64,000 nucleotides of DNA. Source: Negaprion brevirostris. Taxonomy: Eukaryota. The notes under the pieces are model-generated. The model saw only the letters and a list, made by a program, of their open reading frames with translations. It was not told the DNA's origin and did not search any database. Shown piece by piece: positions 12,527 to 24,725 of this stretch (positions within the stretch are counted from its first letter, which is position 1; each line of letters begins with the position of its first letter). The position numbers and the translations under genes are program-made. Location of the stretch: the NCBI GenBank assembly GCA_030324005.1, contig JARDVH010000001.1, positions 152,184,898 through 152,248,897 of the forward strand, written 5' to 3'.

Positions 12527-12729
12527 GTATCACCCAAAGAGGACAGAAGAAACATTTCCCCATAGCTAACTCATTGAAAGGCACTTCTTCCTTGAGAAAG
12601 GTAAATAAATTAATAAGTAGAACTTCCCAAGCTGTTCACACTATAGTGTCCTGAGAGCCAATTGACAGGAATCGTAGCATTTATTACTAAGACTAGTAAT
12701 CCAGAGGCCTGGATTAAGGGGAAGGGACT

Positions 12730-13100
12730 GGGGGACAAGGTAATTGACCGAATGGTATCATCACTAAACTATTAATCTAGAAACTCAGCTAATGTTCTGG
12801 GGACCCGGTTTTGAATCCTGCCATGGCAGATGGTGGAATTTGGATTCAATAAAAATAAATTTGGAATTAAGAATCTACAGATGACCATGAAATCATTGTC
12901 GAATTTCAGAAAAAGCCATCTGGTTCACTAATGTTCTTTAGGGAAGGAAATCTGCCATCCTTACCTGGTCTGGCCTACATGTGACTCATAGCAAGTCATG
13001 AGTCATAACAAGGTAATTGACTCTCAACTCCACTTGGGCAACTAGGGACGGGCAATAAATGCTGGCCAACCAGTGACACCCATGCCTCCATGAATGAATT
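12730..13100 (+). mobile_element. Second tRNA-SINE family (core GGTTCACTAATG..TTTAGGGAAGGAAATCTG), nested in an older copy at about 12670-13462
   Basis: B-box-like GGTTTTGAATCC; tail shared with the LINE at 2118-2190; inverted copy at 17712-18050. Confidence 0.75.
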
Positions 13101-13769
13101 GTCAGAATCATGACTTCAAATCGCAGCATGGCAGTTGAGAAATTTAAATTTAGATTTAAAAAATCTGCAATGAATGACTAACATTAAGAAGAATGGCCAC
13201 AAAGCTCCCAGATTGATGTAAAACCCTGACTGATTCACTAAAATCCTGTGGGGAAGGAAACAAGTTGTCTTTTGCTTGAACTGGCCTCTTTTGGAATTCA
13301 GACCCGTGGCAGTGTCGTTGCCTCTCTATGAAATGGCCGACATAGCAGTTGTATCACATGCTATGAAAACTACAATTCACACGGGCCACAATCTGAAGGG
13401 CGAGGATGGGAGGGGCAACAAATGCAGGCCTGCCAAATATCCACATCCTGTGAATGAGCGAAATAGATTTACACAACAGAGACTGCTGATCAGATTACCA
13501 GCTTCACACTTGTAGCAGTAGACTAGGTGAAAACACAGAAACTAACCAAAAGAATGCAGGCGTTTAAAAAAAAACACTCTTATTGGCTCTATTGAAATTG
13601 ATAGATCCATAATTGATTTTGTAAATGGCTGTTTAATACCATACCAGCCTCAGACAGTGCCCTTAGTTTGCTATCTGTTGTTGAATTATGAAATGTACCT
13701 ATACTTGTATTTGTAACCACAAGCAGCGCACAGTTGATTTTTATTTCCTAATTTGGTGGCTAAAGAGGC

Positions 13770-14047
13770 CATTTGGCCTATCGAGCCTGCACCAACAACA
13801 ATCCTATCCAGGCCCTTACTCTGTAACCCTGCTAGTCTAAGGGGCAAGTTAGCATTGCCAATCTACCTAACCCACACATCTTTGGACTGTTGGAGGAAAC
13901 CAGAGCACCTGGAGGAAACCCACACAGAGAACATGCAAACTCCACACAGATAGTGACCTGAGCCAGGAATCGAACCCGGGTCCCTGATGCTCTGAGGCAG
14001 CAGTGCTAACCACATTGCTACTGTGTTACCCACTGTGCCACTGTGCC
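13770..14047 (-). mobile_element. V-SINE (HE1-like)
   Basis: Reverse-complement head and V-domain. Confidence 0.8.
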
Positions 14048-15239
14048 AACTACAGCTGACTTCAAGAAAAGGTAGATGTAAAAACTTGTGTGCCAGGCAG
14101 TACTCTCTGAATGGTCTGCTTTCAGTTTTTCAAACATGTTTGTATTACTTACTCATATCAACTGTAACAATGCCAACAAAACACACAAGAGTAGAGTTTC
14201 AGCTGGATTTAAATCTTTTAATAATGCCCTTTTTTTTATTCCTGTTCGTCTCTCAGCCTGATTCCAATATCACTGCTCTCAAGTTACTGAAAAACAAAAG
14301 GCCACTTCGAATGTAACTGTGTCCTTCTTAAAGCAGATACTAAACCTCTGTTGCTAAACAGTGAAATTTGTCACCAAGAAAAATGATTCCTTCTTAAAAT
14401 ACCACAAGCAACTTAATATTTATATGGTGCCTTTGACATAATGAATGCCCCAAGAGGCATCGCAGAAGCATTAGAAAACAAAATATGGCATTGAACCACA
14501 CGAGGAGAAATTAGGTCAAAAACCTGGTTAAACAGGTATGCCTTAAGATGTGTCTGAAGTGAGGGAGAAAGTCAATCAGATACAGGGAGGGGATGCCAGA
14601 GCAATGGAAATCTTTAGTAAAAGGCAAAAGATTTATACGATCTGAAGAGAAACTGGAGTATACTTGGGGAAGACATGGCCACCTCTGGTGAAGCAAAAAT
14701 TGGGAATGTCTAAGTGGCCTGTTTGAAAGTCTGCAAGTTTATTTTGTTGTCAGGGTTAGGTTGCTATTCCTACTCAAAATGAAGTGTTTCACTCATCAGT
14801 CAAGATTCAGCAGATGCCCCTTCCATTAACTATTAACTTCAAGGCATTTGGGAAAAAAAAGGGTAGAGAAATGAAACACTTTCAGCCACACAGTGAACTC
14901 TGCTTGCAGTTTGCATGCTTCCGCTGAACAATCCAGTGCATTCATGGTAATATGAGAGGCTACGTCAGATGTGTAAAGTTTCTTGGCTCAGTAGATAGTA
15001 TTATCTGTTTGACCTGCACTGACCTTGTGTTTGACTTCTGACCCAGCAGCACTGGTTTAGGGCTGTTCGGGCAGGTTACACTTAGGTTTACAAGCTTGAG
15101 GATCAAAGGCTTATTTGGACTTGATCATGAAGCTTTAAAAAGAATGAAGCAGAAGTTGCTCAGCCACAAAAGCATTAGAATCTCTGACCCACCAATGAAA
15201 GAAGAAAGGATGACAGAGAGTGTATTTAAATAGTGCCTG

Positions 15240-15560
15240 ACACATCCTCAAACCCCCCAAAGTGCCTCACAGGCACGTCATCATTTCAAAACACAGTCGC
15301 TGTTATTCTATAGACAAAGAATGATGATTTGTAAAGAGTGATGTTCCACAAACAGCAAGGGGGCACATGACATGACAAATTAACCTGTTTTGGTGGCATT
15401 AACCAGGACATTGACAGACCTCCCCTGTTCCTCTTGGAGTAGTATGAAAAAGATCACTTGTATCCAACTGAAACATGGATGCAATTTGATTGGTCCCATA
15501 CCTAATAGCAGGAAGTCTTGTTAGTTCGCCCACCTCCAACAATATAGCACTCCCTCAGTG
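15240..15560 (-). mobile_element. Old DeuSINE (SacSINE1-like) copy
   Basis: Reverse-complement similarity to 18160-18540. Confidence 0.5.
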
Positions 15561-15713
15561 CAAAATTCTGGTAAATCTCCTCTGCATCCTTTCCAATGCT
15601 TCCACATCCTTCCTATAATGCGGTGACCAGAACTGTACGCAATACTCCGTGCAGCCACACCAAAGTCTTGTACAGCTGCAACATGACCTCATGGCTCCTA
15701 ACCTCAATCCCTC
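15561..15713 (-). mobile_element. CR1 ORF2 fragment
   Basis: EVMLQLYKTLV / EYCVQFWSPHYRKDVEALERMQRRFTR. Confidence 0.9.
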
Positions 15714-16034
15714 NNNNNNNNNNNNNNNNNNNNNNNNNNNNNNNNNNNNNNNNNNNNNNNNNNNNNNNNNNNNNNNNNNNNNNNNNNNNNNNNNNNNNNN
15801 NNNNNNNNNNNNNNNNNNNNNNNNNNNNNNNNNNNNNNNNNNNNNNNNNNNNNNNNNNNNNNNNNNNNNNNNNNNNNNNNNNNNNNNNNNNNNNNNNNNN
15901 NNNNNNNNNNNNNNNNNNNNNNNNNNNNNNNNNNNNNNNNNNNNNNNNNNNNNNNNNNNNNNNNNNNNNNNNNNNNNNNNNNNNNNNNNNNNNNNNNNNN
16001 NNNNNNNNNNNNNNNNNNNNNNNNNNNNNNNNNN

Positions 16035-16230
16035 GTGGACCTTCTCCGGATGCTCCGGTTTCCTCCCACAGTCCAAAGCCATTGGCCATGCTAAAATTGC
16101 TCCTTTGTGTTCCGAGATGCATAGGTTAGAGGGATTAGTGGGTACATATGTAGGGATAAGGGGGTAGAGTCTGGGTGGGATCATGGTCGGTGCAGACTCA
16201 ATGGGCCAAATGGCCTCTTTCTGCACTGTA
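16035..16230 (+). mobile_element. HE1-like SINE, 3' part
   Basis: V-domain end plus TGCACTGTAGGG tail. Confidence 0.8.
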
Positions 16231-16389
16231 GGGTTTCTAAGATTTTATGAGTGAGGTTTGAGGCTACAGCCTTCTGACAGCAGAGGTGAAGGCTTAATAA
16301 AGCAGGAAAGGATCAGAACAGCATAAAAGTACTGCTTCAGGGAAGGCTGGTAAGCAGAAGCTTAGCTCTGCAATGTATCATGGGCTTTA

Positions 16390-17110
16390 AACATAGATAA
16401 GCTGCAGATCTGGGTTGAGAGGTGGCAAATGGAGTTTAATGTGGAAAAGTGACTCACTTTGGAAGGAGTAACAGGAATACAGAGTACTGGGCTAATGATA
16501 AGTTACTTGGTAGTGTGATTGAGCAGAGAGATCTCCGTGTCCATGTGCATAGATCCCTGAAAGTTGGTGCCCAGGTTGATAGGATTGTTAAGAAGGCATA
16601 CGGTGTGTTAACTTTTATTAGTAGAGGGACTGAGTTTAGGAGCCATGAGGTCATGTTGCAGCTGTACAAAACTCTGGTGCGGCCGCACTTNNNNNNNNNN
16701 NNNNNNNNNNNNNNNNNNNNNNNNNNNNNNNNNNNNNNNNNNNNNNNNNNNNNNNNNNNNNNNNNNNNNNNNNNNNNNNNNNNNNNNNNNNNNNNNNNNN
16801 NNNNNNNNNNNNNNNNNNNNNNNNNNNNNNNNNNNNNNNNNNNNNNNNNNNNNNNNNNNNNNNNNNNNNNNNNNNNNNAGATAGTTAGATGTCAGAGGTA
16901 GGTTCTTTTCAGACAGTAGTAAGAGTGTGAAATGCCCTGCCTGCAACAGTAGTGGACTCGCCAACATTAAGGGCATTTAAATGGTCATTGGTTAAACATA
17001 TGGACGGTACTGGAATAGTGTAAATTAGATGGGCTTTAAATTGGTTTCACAGGTCAGCACAACATCAAGGGCAAAAGGGCCTGTACTGCGCTGTAATGTT
17101 CTATGTTCTA
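16390..17110 (+). mobile_element. 5'-truncated CR1 LINE 3' end
   Basis: WQMEFN, HFGRSN, EQRDL.VHVHRSLKV, EVMLQLYKTLVRPH; TGTTCTATGTTCTA tail. Confidence 0.9.
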
Positions 17111-17711
17111 AACTGATCAATTAATTCCACATCGGGAGCCTGCTGTGGCAGTGCATTCTAGATCCCCTCAAATGTATATGCTTTTGTGTTTTAGATTCTC
17201 ATTTCATCAGGCTAATCCAAATTCTAAGATTCTGCTCCTTTGGCTTAGATTCCTCTCGCGGAAGAAACAACCAATATAGTCAATATAGTCATGTTTTAAA
17301 TGCCAATCAGAATGACTTCAGTTCATCTCCAGGGAATGTTACCATCTTTCCCAGCATAACTAGTTTCCTTCATCCCAGGTATGTATAGTAGAATATCAAT
17401 TGATTATCTCTGAGGTTTTCTTTCCAAGGTGGGACACAACAATATTTCAAGTGAGGGCTAGCTTCTTACAGTAATAATTCATTGGGTTTCATACCCCACA
17501 CCTCTTATGATAAAGCTCATTCATTAGCCTTTGAGATATCTTATACCATCAGCAACCTAGCTTTGCGTAATTGTGAGCTTGGACCCTCTGAATTCCTTTA
17601 AACATCAGGTTATTCAATCCAAACATCTTCAGAAATAATGTAGCTTTCTAATTGGAACTAGAAAGTATAAGCAAGGATCACCAGGCAGCATTCGGTTCCG
17701 ATCTTAACTTT

Positions 17712-18050
17712 TTATTTATTCGTTCATGGAACATGGGCACCGCTGGCTGAGCCAGCATTTGTTGTCCATCGCTGTGGGCATTTACGAACATTGCAGGGGA
17801 TCTAGAGTCACATGTAGGCCAGACCAGGTAAGGACAACAGATTTACTTCCCTAAAGGGCATTAGTGAACCAGATGGATTTTTGTAACAATGGTTTCATGG
17901 GCATCATTAGACATTTTTTTGGATTCCAGATTTTTATTGAACTTGAATTTCACCATTAGCCACAGTGGGATTTGAACCCAGGTCCCCTGAGCATTATCCT
18001 GTATCTCTGGATTATTAATCCAGCGAAAGTACCATGATGCAATTGTCTCT
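17712..18050 (-). mobile_element. Second tRNA-SINE family, inverted copy
   Basis: Reverse complement of 12730-13100. Confidence 0.75.
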
Positions 18051-18159
18051 GGGCTTCCATTGGACCACCTAATTTATTTGGACAGAATGGATGCCAGGGA
18101 AACAAGATAAATCATGTTTGATCAGATTAATTCACCTTAAGCAACTTATTCATGTTTGC

Positions 18160-18540
18160 CTTGGCTCAGTTGGTCACACTTGTGTCTTTGAATTAGGAGG
18201 TCAATAAGTTCTACTACAGAGCTTAAGCCACATTTCAGTATAGTACCAAGGAAGCAGTTACAGGGACCACAATTTGGGTGAAACGTTAAACCGAGGCCCT
18301 GCTTGCCTTGCCGAGCGAATGATCTAACAACATTGTTTGAAGAGCAGGAGTTCCCCTGACATCCCGACCATTACTTACCCTTCAATCATACCACCAAAAC
18401 TGATCCTTCACGTTCTTATTGTGTGTGGGATTTTGCTGTGTTCAAACTGACTGCCCCAGTTGCCTATTTTACACTGAAGGAACTTCAAAAGCAATTCATT
18501 AGCACTTTGGGACATGAAGATGCTATATAAATGCAAGTTT
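18160..18540 (+). mobile_element. DeuSINE (SacSINE1/AmnSINE-like)
   Basis: TGGCTCAGTTGG head, core GTGAAACGTTAAACCGAGGCCC, GTGGGATTTTGCTGTG, tail GCTATATAAATGCAAGT; family recognised from recollection. Confidence 0.7.
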
Positions 18541-18727
18541 ATTTGTATACTGCAACATTTTAACAAAGAGGTTTAAGGCTTTTATCAAAGGCTCTTTAGG
18601 ATAATTCCAATGGAATCAAAATTTCTTATTAATTTTGTGTTTCAACACACATTGAAGCATTTTGTACTATAATATATTTCTGAATACTGTGTTATCTGCA
18701 TGGTTCCTTTGTAACACTCTCACCTCT

Positions 18728-18910
18728 AGAATCATAGCATTCTAGAGGCGTGCCATCAGAACACCTCTGATGTGAGGCCATTTGGCCAACGAGCCTGCGC
18801 CAATGACAATTCCACCCAGGCCATATCCCCATAATCGCATGTATTTACCCTGCCCTCTGGCGCTAAGGGGCAATTTACCATGGTCAATCCACCTAACCTG
18901 CACATCTTTG
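18728..18910 (-). mobile_element. HE1-like SINE, 3' half
   Basis: Reverse-complement tail and central region. Confidence 0.7.
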
Positions 18911-19009
18911 GATCAAACCAAAGCTTATTAGTTCAATGCTCCCTGCAGGAGCTGTGCACATATTCTCGGCATTCACTTCAACACTGTAATGTTCGTATCA
19001 TCTGTCAGA

Positions 19010-19345
19010 GGTTCTGTAGAAAGGTGGATACAGGATTAGGCCACTTAGCTCTTGGAATTTGCTCTGCCATTCAGTTAGATCATAGCTGATACGTACCTCA
19101 ACTCGATTGACACCTTAGCTAGATACCCCTTGATAGCCTGACTTACCAACAATCAATCTCTGATTCAAGGATTTAATTGCCCAGTAGCATTCACAGATAT
19201 TGAGGAGAGAATTTCAGATTTCTGGAAGTCGCATGAAAAAATATTTCCTGATTTCTGTCCTAAATGGTCTAGCTCTAACTTTAAGATGACATCTTTTTCA
19301 TTGCTATGTTCCCCAGAGAAAGGTTTCTCTCTATCTACCCGAACA
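19010..19345 (-). mobile_element. Old CR1 3' end
   Basis: CR1-like C-terminal coding remnant and 3' UTR. Confidence 0.6.
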
Positions 19346-19527
19346 ACATTTACCATTCCGTAGATTGCAGGGTAGAAGTCAGCCTTTGAGGTTTCCAAAA
19401 ACTTAGCGACTTATACGTGGAGCATGGAATATCAATGGCTGGTGTCGAAACAGGCCCATTTTTATTCGTCGATTGCCATGCCTGGTCTGCCGTTGTGAGT
19501 ATAACCATAATCATGCATTTATTTCAG

Positions 19528-19852
19528 AGAATCATAGAATCACTACATTGAGGATGGAGGTCATTTGGCCCATCAAGTCTGTACTGACTCTCTGACAAAG
19601 TATCTTACCCAGGACCTCACCCCCATTCCATTCAGGCAACCCCATTCATTTACCATGGCTAACCCACCTAACCAAGGCATCTTTAAACACTAATGCGCAA
19701 TTTAACATGGGTAATCCACCTAAACTTTGGACTGTGGGAGGAAACCTACGCAGACACGGGGAGTACGTGCAAACTCCACAGAGTCACCCAAGGCTGGAAT
19801 CAAGGCCGGGTCCCTGGTGCTGTGAGGCAGTAGTGCTAACCACTGCGTCACC
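19528..19852 (-). mobile_element. V-SINE (HE1-like)
   Basis: Complete head, V-domain and tail in reverse orientation. Confidence 0.85.
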
Positions 19853-20477
19853 CAATGCAAGTTAACTTTTATTCTGTGATCCACTGTACCTACTCTTAGA
19901 CCATTTCTCCAGTGAATCTCTTGATTTCCCATTAGAAAATCTTACAGAAATTTCAGGCCCAATACATTTTAACAGTTCAAAGAGAGGGCTACCAAAGCCT
20001 GATTAGAAATGTTGCAAAGTTCTTATCCCAGAGAATGGGAGGCGCTGATACCAACACTGATGCAAGTTTGAGAAAAAATAATTGAGTTAGGAACTAGTAA
20101 GCAGCTAGAATTTGATCTTAAAGAGTCTGAGGAAAGTTAAAAGGGAGAACTCAAAGCAACAAAGAAAAATGAACAAAGAAGCAAAATGTGCAATGACTAA
20201 AAGTTCAATTAAATAAATTAGATAAAGGACAAATGCAAATAGAGGACTTTAATTGAGGAAGCAGTTTCAGTATAGTGGCAGGTTATTTAAGACTGAAATG
20301 AGGAAGAATTTCTTCATTCAGTGGGTGGTATATCTGTGGAGTTTGCTGTCCCAGCAGCCTGTGAAAGCTCAGACATTGAGCATATTTCAAAACAGAAATT
20401 GATAGATTCCTGGATACTAATGACGTCAAGGGATAAGGAGATAGTAGGGAAAACTATGGCTATGGAGATAGATGATC

Positions 20478-20792
20478 GGTAGGGTGGCACAGTGATTAGC
20501 ACTGCTGCCTCACAGCTACAGGAACCTGGGTTCAATTCCCGGCTTGGATCACTGTCTTTGTGGACTTTCCACGTTCTCCCCGTGTCTGCGTGGGTNNNNN
20601 NNNNNGTGGGTTTCGTCTGGGTGCTCTGGTTCCGTCCAACAGTGCAAAGACGTGCTGGTTAGGTGAATTTGCCATGCTAAATTCTCCCTCAGTATACCCG
20701 AACAGGTGCCGGAGTGTGGTGACTAGGGGATTTTCACAGTAACTTCATTGCACTATGAATGCATGCTTACTTGCGACTAATAAATAAATTTT
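20478..20792 (+). mobile_element. V-SINE with alternative tail, inserted in a CR1 3' end (about 20270-20840)
   Basis: Head and V-domain, tail ...GCGACTAATAAATAAA; ATGATC on both flanks. Confidence 0.85.
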
Positions 20793-21674
20793 ATGATCAG
20801 CCATGATCAATGGGCCAAATGGCCTATTGCAGCTCCCAATAAGAGTAAATATTATTAGCTGGCATAGGAATGAATGAAAAAAAAGGCCAAAAACTTTCAG
20901 CTGGCTGCGTTGTTTCTGATTTAGGGATTTCGTGACAGGTGAAAAAAAAAGCTCTCACTGTTACTAGTCCCCTGACTCACCTGCATAACCACCTTGTTTT
21001 CCTGATAGTCAGGTGCCCACATTCTGTTTATCATAGCAATGCAGCTGGTGCTCAGGGAGCTTGGGGCCATTTACTGCTGAGAAAAATAAAACAGATCAGC
21101 AATATTGCCTTAAGACAAGATTTGCGATTTGTAACATGGCTAAAAGACTCTAAATTCGGTCTGATGCAAAAAGGGCCTCCACGGCGATCAAAATTTCAAA
21201 CTTCTCACAGTGCTGTGCGACCTCCCCAACACACAATTCTTACTTTTTCTTTTAAACATCAAACATGCTACAGTTTTGCAGCCTTTTTTTAAACTTCAGA
21301 TCTTTAGTTTGAAAAAGGAAACAGCAACAGTAAGGGACGGCAGCTGCCTATTGTTGCTGCTTCACTCCCGGTTTGAACTCAATTCCGCAGGGGAATTCTA
21401 AGTATCTCCGCAACATGGAGATTTCCCCTTGACAACACTGGGTGAAGTTTCACAGTGAAGAAGCAAGATCAAGCATCGGCAATAACGGCAGTAGGCATGC
21501 CAACCCGGAAACACGGGGACACTGCCATAAATAAAATCATGTTCCCACTCATCTCTCTCTAGCCCTGCAATTCATCCTGAGTTCTCTCCATTGCCATCCG
21601 GTTCACGCAAGCACTCTTCTTAAGGTGTTGCAAGCTACATTAGAAGATTGCGCAATGGTTACTGTTATCCCATA

Positions 21675-21873
21675 GGCACAGTAAGAAGCCTCACAACACC
21701 AGGTTAAAGTCCAACTGGTTTATTTGGAATCACGAGCTTTCGGAGTGCTGTGCCTTCATCAGGTGAAACACTCTGAAAGCTCGTGATTCCAAATAAACTG
21801 ATTGGACTTTAAATGGGTGTTGCGAGATTTCTTACTATGCCCACCCCAATCTAATGTTGGCATCTCCACATCA
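21675..21873. mobile_element. Palindromic Penelope-like insert (inverted pLTR arms) with a minimal hammerhead motif
   Basis: Arms at about 21675-21745 and 21770-21842 are inverted; second copy at 63446-63721; ATCCCA occurs near both flanks. Confidence 0.75.
21730..21766 (-). ncRNA. Minimal type-I hammerhead ribozyme motif (stem II degenerate)
   Basis: Minus strand UCAC-CUGAUGA-A-GGCACAGCACUCC-GAAA-GC-UC-GUGA: both catalytic boxes are present and stem I UCAC/GUGA closes the motif. Confidence 0.55.
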
Positions 21874-24002
21874 TCCCACATGGTGTAACGGTATACTTGC
21901 ACTCATAGTGAAGATGTAGCAAAGACTATTCACAGTCAGTTGAGATACTTAGAAGATCTGACAAATGTGTTCAGCATCTAGCAGAAGTACTTCAACACTT
22001 GCATTTTTACGACTGTTGACTAGAGAGTTTTGTCTTTTTATTCCGCAGGTGTCGGTCCACCTTATTGTCAAACGAGGGGCGTGCACACGATGGGTCGTGC
22101 GTGGGCTGCTCTTGGAGGTTCCGGGAGTGGCCTAGTAACTTCGTGTCGGTGTGTGTGCNNNNNNNNNNNNNNNNNNNNNNNNNNNNNNNNNNNNNNNNNN
22201 NNNNNNNNNNNNNNNNNNNNNNNNNNNNNNNNNNNNNNNNNNNNNNNNNNNNNNNNNNCAGTTTCCTCCCACACCCCAAAGATGTGCTCTTAGGCTGATT
22301 GGTATACCAAATTGACACTATTCTCCCCTGAATCTAGCTAAATTAGGGGTTCCACTCACGTACACAGGGCAGGGTAGGTGTAGGAGGATGTGGCGGCGTG
22401 GGCTCGTTGGGCCAAAGGGCCTGTTTCCCATGCTGGGTTGTTCTTTGTTCTTTGTTTGAGACGTAGCATTGAAACTTTTCATCTTGCACTCAATAGGACA
22501 AATGCAAGAATGCCAAATTCCAAAGGGTACAGCAATTTACAATGCCATGACCAACCATAGTGAATCTACAATTAACATGCTTTGCGCGTGTAGTACAAAT
22601 CTGCACTATCAAGCAACTACCTGCATCTTGGCCTCCTCTATTCATCGAGGTTGCCTTCCCCATCTCCCATTGCACCAGTTCCCCAGGTACCCCATAAATT
22701 AGACCAGTTGGGCGGATAAATTTGGGAGCTATATCCCACAATACAAAAGGTTTGTGAAACTGCTGTACATATGCTCTGTGAGAAAAATTGTTATTTTTAA
22801 TGTTTTGGGCATTATCCTGTGGAGGTGCAAACATAATTTATTTAAACTGGGGACTACAGCGCTGAGGACATCAAAACAATTCTTAGGTGGGACAAGCAGG
22901 CACAAAATAAATATGGCCAAGTTGAATATTCTACAAGTAAATAAACTTCCTTCAGGAGGTAAAGGTTTGTTTTGTTCATTTGTCACATTTCAAAATGAAG
23001 AAAAAGGGGTTTACAACGTGGAAAAGGTCAGAGATAAATAAAGCAAGGTTACTAAGTTTTATATTACCCAAAACTGAGGGCAACGAGGACAGCATGGAAG
23101 ATTTTTCTAATCTGGGAAAGATGCATTTCAAAGAAGGATGAGGATAAAGATGAAAGAAGAATAAACGTACTAAGGAGATATGTTAAGAGCTGTTCTGGAA
23201 AGTGGGACATAAGACCCCCTGAAGTGCTGCTCTATTCACAGGGAATAAATTTGCAAAGAGGCAAAGTGAAGCAGCTTTCTAGTAGGGTTCTGTTTTAAAA
23301 TTTCTTGAATTGCCACAGGAGAGTGGGAGTAAGAGGCGTGTGATAACACACCTTCTCTACAACCACAGGTACAACCACCTCGTCATGATTGTAATTTTTA
23401 AACTTAAACATAAGGGATTATTGCCTAAAGCAATGGTTATTTGCAAGTCTAACCAAGGAGGAATTTTTTGGGGGTAAAGTTCTGTAAGATTAATTTTATC
23501 TGTGTAAATGTAATCTTGTGCAAGTTTTTCTTTAACATCTCCAGAAGTGCTGCTGGAATTTGTGGCTTACTGCTTCAGTACATATATCTTCTTGTGGTCA
23601 AAATGCAAAAACTTGTGATAATCTTGCCAAGTTTCTCTCCTTGGTATTTGGTTGGCATGGCAATTACCAGATCATTATGCCAGATCTGACATTCGTTATC
23701 ATATACCTTGTGTTGTCAATGATGACTCTGGCAAATAGGTGCACACTGCAGCCATGATGGCAAGGCTGAAGGAGTTAGCATGATAGACTATCTTCTAGCT
23801 GCATCAATATCATTGGAACCATATGCAGCAGCACTTATACTGGCAGAGAAATTACTCATTCACAGATAAAAATTTTAGACAACCCTAAGTGCAGTTTGCT
23901 CTCAAACCATTGAAAATTACCAATGGAAAGAGTGGTGGGTTATTTGGTCTGGCAAGAAAGGGATTATTTATCTGTATCAAGACTGATGTAATGGAAATCA
24001 CA

Positions 24003-24725
24003 TCATAGAATTCCATTCAGCCCATCGAGTCTGCATCGAACACAATCCCACCCAGATACTATTCCCTCATACATTTCATATTTACCCTGCTAATTCCCAA
24101 CACTACTGTCAATTTAGCATAGCCAATCAACCTCGATTGCTACTGCAACTTAATGGATTGAGTTACAAGGAGAGGCAGAATAGACTGGGACTTTTTCCTC
24201 TGGAGCACAGGAGGTTGAGAGGTGACCATATGGAGGTCTATAAAATAGAGGGGTGTAGACAAGGTGGATAGGCAATTTCTTTTCCCAAAGTTAGGGGAGT
24301 CTAAAACTAGAGGGCATATGTTTCAGGTGAGAGGGGAGAGATACAAAAGTGTCCACAGGGGCATTTTTTTCATACAGAGGGTGGTGACTGTCTGGAACAA
24401 GCCACCAGAGTAGTAGTAGAGATAGGTACAATTTTATGTTTTAAAAAGCATTTAGAAAGTTACAGTGGTACGATGGGAATAGAGGGATATGGGCCAAATA
24501 TGAGCAATTGGGATTATCTTAGGGGTTTCAAAAAAAATAAGCGCAGCATGGACAAGTTGGGTCGAAGGGCCTGTTTCCATGCTGTAAACCTCTATGACTC
24601 CAACCTAACCCACACATCTTTGGAATGTGGGAGGAAACTGGAGCACTGGAGGAAACCCATGCAGACACAGGGAGAATGTGCAAAAACAGTGACCCAAGGC
24701 TGGAATTGAAACTGGGTCTCTGGGA
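24003..24725 (-). mobile_element. HE1-like SINE split by a CR1 insertion
   Basis: SINE halves at 24003-24133 and 24601-24725 are contiguous in the consensus. Confidence 0.8.
24134..24600 (+). mobile_element. CR1 3' fragment with CAACCT target-site duplication
   Basis: Closely similar to the 3' end of the CR1 at 11301-11591; CAACCT at 24128-24133 and 24601-24606. Confidence 0.88.

Noticed and set aside
1-24700. Neighbouring genes expected from human synteny (CCDC96, TADA2B)
   Set aside because: No exon resembling them could be recognised in this interval.
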